27,142 nt of DNA from a virus (Duplodnaviria; Caudoviricetes), in the IMG/VR virus record IMGVR_UViG_3300037783_000021, positions 1 through 27,142 of that record. One strand, given 5' to 3'. Made by a program: the position numbers and the translations under genes. The notes under the pieces were generated by a model. That model saw nothing but the letters and a program-made list of their open reading frames with translations, was not told the DNA's origin and searched no databases. Shown in pieces: positions 22,237-27,142 of this stretch. Numbering within the stretch: position 1 is the first letter of the stretch; every line of letters begins with the position of its first letter.

Positions 22237-24743
22237 TGGACCTGAACCTGAACGCCATCCCTGACGAGGTTCTTCGCGAGATCCTGCAGCTGACGGAGCT
22301 CCAAGCCAAGCAGGAGCGGCAGCAGCGCGTGCACGACAGCTTCATGGCCTTTGCGCACCACGTCTACGAGGGGTTCATCGAGGGCGCGCACCACCGGATC
22401 ATCGCCGAGAAGCTCGAGCAGGTGGCGCGTGGGGAGCTGAAGCGCCTGATCATAAACATGCCCCCTCGCCATGCTCTTGATATTAAAGAAAAAGTTCTTA
22501 CGACGGATGGCTGGAAGACCATCGAGACTCTTCAGGTGGGGGATTTCGTCTACGGCCCAGATGGATTGCCCACGGAGGTGCTGGGAAAGTCCGATGTTTT
22601 TGAAGACCGGGACCTGTTCGCTGTACGTACAGACGACGGTTGCGAGGTGGCGTGTGATGGGGAGCACATCTGGACCGTCCGATTGGATCGAAAGTACAAA
22701 TCCTACCAAGACTACACCACGGAGCAGCTCTTTGCCCGAGAGCAAGGAGCGTTTGTCCGCACGAAGCGCTCCGGACAGGTCGAGATTCGGGAGGACGTGG
22801 TAGACCCTAAAAATGTTCGAGCGGCAATGCTGCCCGCTGTTTCTCCTGTCGTCCGACCCGAGGCGAACCTTCCGGTAGACCCCTACGTGCTCGGCATTTG
22901 GTTGGGGGACGGGGCAGCTGCGCAGACTACGTTTACGGCCTCGGATGAGGATGCAAAGTGGATTCGAGCGGAGTTTGAGCGCCGTGGGTACACGACCAAG
23001 GACCGGGCCACTTCGCAGACCTTTGGCGTGGACGATCTGAAAGTTCCACTGCGTGACGATCTTGGGGTGCTTGGCAACAAGCACATCCCCGAGTCGTATC
23101 TGTTGTCCTCTGTCGAGCAGCGCATGGATCTGCTGCGGGGCCTCATGGACTCTGACGGAAACGTCACCAAGGACGGCCAGTGTTTCTTCACGCAGAAGGA
23201 TCCGGTGTTTATCCACTCCGTGCGGAAGCTGCTTTGGTCTCTCGGCATCAAAAACACGACCCACAGCTGGGCTGCGAAGCTGGAGGGGAGAGACTACGGA
23301 CCTGCGTATCGCCTGTCCTTCTACGCGAAGGACTGCTGCCTTCTGCCGCGAAAGAGGGAGCGGACACGGGCCGCCCGAGCGGGGCGTTTCATCCGCGTCT
23401 CCAAGCTCGAGCGCCGAGGCCCGACGCAGTGTATCCGAGTTGCTCGCGAGGACGGCCTGTTTCTCGTCGGCGAGGGGCTGGTCACAACACATAACTCCAA
23501 GTCCGAGTTCGCCTCGTACCTCATGCCTGCATGGTTCCTCGGCCGGAACCCGAAGCTGAAGATCATTCAGGCTACGCACAACACCGAGCTCGCCGTCCGC
23601 TTTGGCCGCAAGGTGCGAGACCTGATCGAGGACCCGCAGTACCAAGAGGTGTTCCCAAACACCAAGCTGAAGGAAGACAACAAAGGCGCGGGCAAATGGG
23701 GCACCACGGCGGGAGCCGAGTACTTCGCCGCAGGCGTCGGGGCGGCTGTGACCGGTCGAGGCGCGGACCTGTTCATTATCGATGATCCGCACTCCGAACA
23801 GGATGCCCTGTCCGACACGGCGTTCGACCACGCCTACGAATGGTACACCTCCGGTCCTCGTCAGCGTCTCCAGCCCGGCGGGGCTATCATCCTCGTGATG
23901 ACACGATGGGGGAAGAAGGACCTTACGGGCAGGCTGCTCGAAGCGCAGTCCTCAGACCCCATGGCGGACCAGTGGGAAGTGGTGGAGTTCCCGGCCATCC
24001 TCCCCAGCGGTGAGCCTTTGTGGCCGGAGTTCTGGGAAAAGAACGCCCTCCTGTCGATCAAGGCCTCGCTGCCAGTCGGCAAGTGGTCCGCGCAGTGGCA
24101 GCAGCAGCCGACCAGCACCGAGCAGGCCATCGTCAAGCGCGAGTGGTGGCGGGACTGGGAGAAGGAGAAGGTCCCGGAGCTCAAGTACATCCTGCAGGCG
24201 TACGACACGGCGTTCTCGAAGAAAGAGACGGCGGACTACTCGGCCATCACGACGTGGGGCGTCTTCGAGCCCGACGAGGGCGGCAAGGACCACGTCATTC
24301 TGCTCGACGCCAAGCGCGGCCGGTGGAGCTTCCCGGAGCTCAAGGAAGTCGCGTGGGAGGAGTGCGAGTACTGGGACCCGGACATGGTCATCGTCGAGGC
24401 CAAGGCCTCCGGCCGCCCGCTGATCGACGAGATGCGGACGCGCGGCATCCCCGCTGTCGGCTTCTCCCCGGGCCGCAAGGCTGGGGGCGGCGGCATAGAC
24501 AAGACGACTCGGATGCACACGGTGTCTCCGCTGTTCGAGGCCGGGATGGTGTGGGCCCCGCTGGGCAAGAAGTTCGCCGACGAGGTGATCGAAGAGGTTG
24601 CCTCGTTTCCAAATGGGGAGCATGACGACTTTGTGGACTCAATGACGCTTGCTCTGATGCGCTTCCGTCAGGGTGGCTTTATTGCTATACATGACGAAGA
24701 GTTGCCGGAAGAAACCATGCCTCGCAAACGGGAGTACTACTGA
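22236..24743 (+). CDS. terL: Terminase large subunit containing an intein (835-aa precursor, 494-aa mature)
   Basis: Walker A INMPPRH|SKSE, Walker B FIIDDPH, VMTRW, nuclease motifs AYDTA, IVEAKASG, HDDFVDS; TGATG coupling. Confidence 0.95.
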   Translation: MDLNLNAIPDEVLREILQLTELQAKQERQQRVHDSFMAFAHHVYEGFIEGAHHRIIAEKLEQVARGELKRLIINMPPRHALDIKEKVLTTDGWKTIETLQVGDFVYGPDGLPTEVLGKSDVFEDRDLFAVRTDDGCEVACDGEHIWTVRLDRKYKSYQDYTTEQLFAREQGAFVRTKRSGQVEIREDVVDPKNVRAAMLPAVSPVVRPEANLPVDPYVLGIWLGDGAAAQTTFTASDEDAKWIRAEFERRGYTTKDRATSQTFGVDDLKVPLRDDLGVLGNKHIPESYLLSSVEQRMDLLRGLMDSDGNVTKDGQCFFTQKDPVFIHSVRKLLWSLGIKNTTHSWAAKLEGRDYGPAYRLSFYAKDCCLLPRKRERTRAARAGRFIRVSKLERRGPTQCIRVAREDGLFLVGEGLVTTHNSKSEFASYLMPAWFLGRNPKLKIIQATHNTELAVRFGRKVRDLIEDPQYQEVFPNTKLKEDNKGAGKWGTTAGAEYFAAGVGAAVTGRGADLFIIDDPHSEQDALSDTAFDHAYEWYTSGPRQRLQPGGAIILVMTRWGKKDLTGRLLEAQSSDPMADQWEVVEFPAILPSGEPLWPEFWEKNALLSIKASLPVGKWSAQWQQQPTSTEQAIVKREWWRDWEKEKVPELKYILQAYDTAFSKKETADYSAITTWGVFEPDEGGKDHVILLDAKRGRWSFPELKEVAWEECEYWDPDMVIVEAKASGRPLIDEMRTRGIPAVGFSPGRKAGGGGIDKTTRMHTVSPLFEAGMVWAPLGKKFADEVIEEVASFPNGEHDDFVDSMTLALMRFRQGGFIAIHDEELPEETMPRKREYY
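22473..23495 (+). mobile_element. Class 3 intein (Ala1) with LAGLIDADG homing endonuclease, 341 aa
   Basis: Starts ALDIKEKVLTTDGW; block B CDGEHIW; block F TQCIRV; block G VTTHN|S; endonuclease motifs LGIWLGDG and LRGLMDSDG. Confidence 0.92.
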
Positions 24744-27142
24744 TGTTGCCGCCGCGCCCGATGGGAGCCATGGTAGATTCCGCGTTGGTGCCGGAAGAGC
24801 AGGGCTTCGAAATCCCAGTCGAAGGTCCAATGGAGTTCCCGGGTGGGGCAGAGATCGTACCGCAAGAAGACGGCTCCGCGCTGATCCAAGCCATCGCCGA
24901 GATGGCCAGTGAGATGGACGTCGAGCAGCTGATCCCGTTCGATGCCAACCTCTCCGAGTTCTTGGACGACTCGACGCTCGCAGAGATTGCGACTGACCTG
25001 CTGGCCTCCGTCGAGGACGACATGGAGTCCCGGTCCGAGTGGGAAGAGACGTACGTCAAGGGCCTTGAGCTTCTGGGCGTGAAGCAGGAAGAGCGCTCGA
25101 GGCCGTTCGAGGGGGCGTCCTCGGTCACCCACCCGGTCATCTCGGAGAGCGTGGCCCAGTTCCAAGCGCAGGCGTACAAGGAACTCCTGCCCGCAGGCGG
25201 CCCGGTCAAGACCCGCATCGTGGGCGCGGTGAACCCGCAGGTCGAAGCGCAGGCCAAGCGCGTCAAGGAGTACATGAACTACCAGATCACCGAGGTGATG
25301 GAGGAGTACGATCCAGAGATGGATCAGATGCTCTTCTACCTCCCGCTGTCTGGATCGACGTTCAAGAAGACGTACTTCGACGCGACCAAGGGCCGTCAGG
25401 TGTCGAAGTTCATCCCGGCGCAGGACGTCGTCGTGCCGTACTCGGCCACCGATCTGTTCTCCACGCCGCGCATCACGCATGTCCTCAAGATCACCGACAA
25501 CGACCTGCGCAAGCAGCAGGTTTCCGGGTTCTACCGTGACCTTGACCTGCCGGTTGGTGGCAATCAGGACAGCGATCCTGTTGATAACACAGTTGATGAC
25601 ATCGAGGGCCTGTCGAAATCGTACCGTGACGACGTCCGGGAGGTGTACGAGATCCACTGTGAACTCGACATCGAGGGCTTCGAGGACAAGGGCCCGGACG
25701 GCGAGCCGACGGGGATCAAGCTGCCGTACATCGTCACCGTGGACAAAGCTTCGACCGAGGTGCTGTCGATCCGCCGGAACTACGACGAGCTCGACCCGCT
25801 CCGGAAGGCAAAGCAGTACTTCACCCACTACAAGTTCCTGCCCGGCCTCGGCTTCTACGGCTTCGGCCTGACCCACATGGTGGGCGGTCTCGGCCGCGCC
25901 GCCACCTCGATCCTGCGTCAGCTGATCGATGCAGGCACGCTGGCCAACCTCCCGGCGGGATTCAAGGCCAAGGGCATCCGGGTCCGCGACAGCGACGAGC
26001 CTCTGCAGCCGGGCGAGTTCCGCGACATGGACGCCCCGGGCGGCAACATCCGGGACGCGATCATCCCGCTGCCGTACAAGGAGCCGTCGGCAACGCTGGC
26101 CCAACTGCTCGGTGCGCTGGTCGAGGCAGGGCGCCGGTTCGTCAACGTGGCCGACATGCAGGCCTCGAACATGAACCAAGAGGCGCCGGTCGGCACGACC
26201 GTGGCCCTGCTCGAGCGCGGCATGAAGGTGATGTCGGCGATTCACAAGCGCCTGCATTACGCCCAGAAGAACGAGTTCCGCATCCTCGCCCGGGTGATCG
26301 CCGAGAACGCCCCGGCGGACTACCCGTATCAGGTCGAGGGCGGGATGCCCGGCGTCGTCCAGTCCGACTTCGACGGTCGCATCGACATCATCCCGGTCAG
26401 CGACCCGAACATCTTCTCCATGGCGCAGCGCGTGACGCTGGCCCAGACGCAGCTGCAGTTGGCTCAGTCCAATCCGCAGATGCACAACCTGCACGCGGCC
26501 TACCGGCGGATGTATCAGGCCCTCGAGGTCCAGAACATCGACGAGATCCTGCCGCCTCCTCCGCAGCCGCAGCCGGAGAGCGCCGCTCTGGAGAACGGAA
26601 AGCTCGGGATGATGGTGCCTGCGCAGGCGTTCCCGGGGCAGAATCACGAGGCCCACATCAAGTCTCACGTGGCTGTGGCCAAGACGCCGCTGGTGCAGGC
26701 CAACCAGCCCGTGCTGGCGCTGTTCTATGCCCACATCCAGCAGCACGTCGCCCTCCTCGCCAAGGAGCAGGTGATGCGCGAGGCGCAGCGCGCAGTCATG
26801 CAGGCGCAGCAGATGGCCATGCAGGGCGCTCTGCCGGGCCCGGCGGTCCAGCAGCAGGTCATGATGCTCCAGCAGCAGATGTCCGACCCGGTCGAGCTTG
26901 AGGGCTTTGTCGCTACGGTCGAGTCCCAGCTGCTCGATCAGGTCATGCAGCAGATCGTTCCGCCGCCCCCGGATCCGAACGCCGACCCGCTGGTCCAGAT
27001 CCGCATGCAGGAACTCCAGCTCGATGCGCAGAAGCTGGCTCAGGACGCCATGCAGAGCGCGCAGAAGCTCCAGCTGGATCAGGCCAAGCTCCAGCAGAAG
27101 GCGGCGGGCGAAGCCGCCCGTCTCGAGCTGCAGGAAGAGATC
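24743..27142 (+). CDS. Portal protein (P22-like podovirus type), partial, runs off the right edge
   Basis: Not in the ORF track; MLPPRPMG...SRSEWEETYVKGLELLG...PFEGASSVTHP...QFQAQAYKELLP...YLPLSGSTFKK...GFYGFGL; 800 codons to the window end; TGATG coupling to terL; Gln-rich C-terminal part. Confidence 0.92.
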   Translation, partial: MLPPRPMGAMVDSALVPEEQGFEIPVEGPMEFPGGAEIVPQEDGSALIQAIAEMASEMDVEQLIPFDANLSEFLDDSTLAEIATDLLASVEDDMESRSEWEETYVKGLELLGVKQEERSRPFEGASSVTHPVISESVAQFQAQAYKELLPAGGPVKTRIVGAVNPQVEAQAKRVKEYMNYQITEVMEEYDPEMDQMLFYLPLSGSTFKKTYFDATKGRQVSKFIPAQDVVVPYSATDLFSTPRITHVLKITDNDLRKQQVSGFYRDLDLPVGGNQDSDPVDNTVDDIEGLSKSYRDDVREVYEIHCELDIEGFEDKGPDGEPTGIKLPYIVTVDKASTEVLSIRRNYDELDPLRKAKQYFTHYKFLPGLGFYGFGLTHMVGGLGRAATSILRQLIDAGTLANLPAGFKAKGIRVRDSDEPLQPGEFRDMDAPGGNIRDAIIPLPYKEPSATLAQLLGALVEAGRRFVNVADMQASNMNQEAPVGTTVALLERGMKVMSAIHKRLHYAQKNEFRILARVIAENAPADYPYQVEGGMPGVVQSDFDGRIDIIPVSDPNIFSMAQRVTLAQTQLQLAQSNPQMHNLHAAYRRMYQALEVQNIDEILPPPPQPQPESAALENGKLGMMVPAQAFPGQNHEAHIKSHVAVAKTPLVQANQPVLALFYAHIQQHVALLAKEQVMREAQRAVMQAQQMAMQGALPGPAVQQQVMMLQQQMSDPVELEGFVATVESQLLDQVMQQIVPPPPDPNADPLVQIRMQELQLDAQKLAQDAMQSAQKLQLDQAKLQQKAAGEAARLELQEEI

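Larger units (their letters stand above)
1..27142. mobile_element. Tailed dsDNA bacteriophage genome segment (podovirus-like; probable alphaproteobacterial host)
   Basis: terS, terL, portal, SLT, HNH, SNF2 helicase and dCMP deaminase genes; many small translationally coupled ORFs; no host housekeeping genes or integrase in the window; GapR homologue points to Alphaproteobacteria. Confidence 0.95.

Noticed and set aside
22197-23831. 544-aa minus-strand ORF
   Set aside because: Antisense to terL and its intein, which carry clear motifs
24737-26746. 669-aa minus-strand ORF
   Set aside because: Antisense shadow of the portal gene, caused by high-GC codon bias; no recognisable motifs
1-27142. 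Integrated prophage with att sites
   Set aside because: No integrase, host genes or att-like junction within the window; lifestyle cannot be determined here

Overview
This window is a segment of a high-GC tailed dsDNA phage genome, probably a podovirus with a P22-like portal. A phage-borne GapR/DUF2312 gene suggests an alphaproteobacterial host. Layout from left to right: (i) 1-3001, the end of a replication module with two conserved leftward genes, a divergent SNF2-type helicase and an Arc/RHH-like regulator; (ii) 3016-10819, a dense leftward array of small genes including a dATP/dGTP diphosphohydrolase-domain protein, dCMP deaminase, XRE and other HTH proteins, and DUF6011; (iii) a G-skewed then AT-rich intergenic region with short repeats, followed by terS, an HNH endonuclease and a PD-(D/E)XK resolvase-like nuclease; (iv) 13385-15327, a second leftward island of small genes bracketed by two highly structured non-coding blocks (12960-13365 and 15350-16025); (v) 16408 to the end, rightward late genes: candidate ART-like and HEXXH-peptidase effectors, gapR, a PD-(D/E)XK nuclease, a lytic transglycosylase, a GNAT acetyltransferase, terL interrupted by a 341-aa Ala-start class 3 intein, and the portal (truncated). 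The most unusual signal is the ~680-nt largely self-paired block upstream of the second island. Its G-T wobbles and C-GNA-G triloops, matched by a similar cluster at the island's other end, suggest the + strand functions as folded single-stranded DNA (an Frpo/ssi-like leading region inside a dsDNA phage) or as a large ncRNA. All family assignments are motif recognition by eye; no database search was run.
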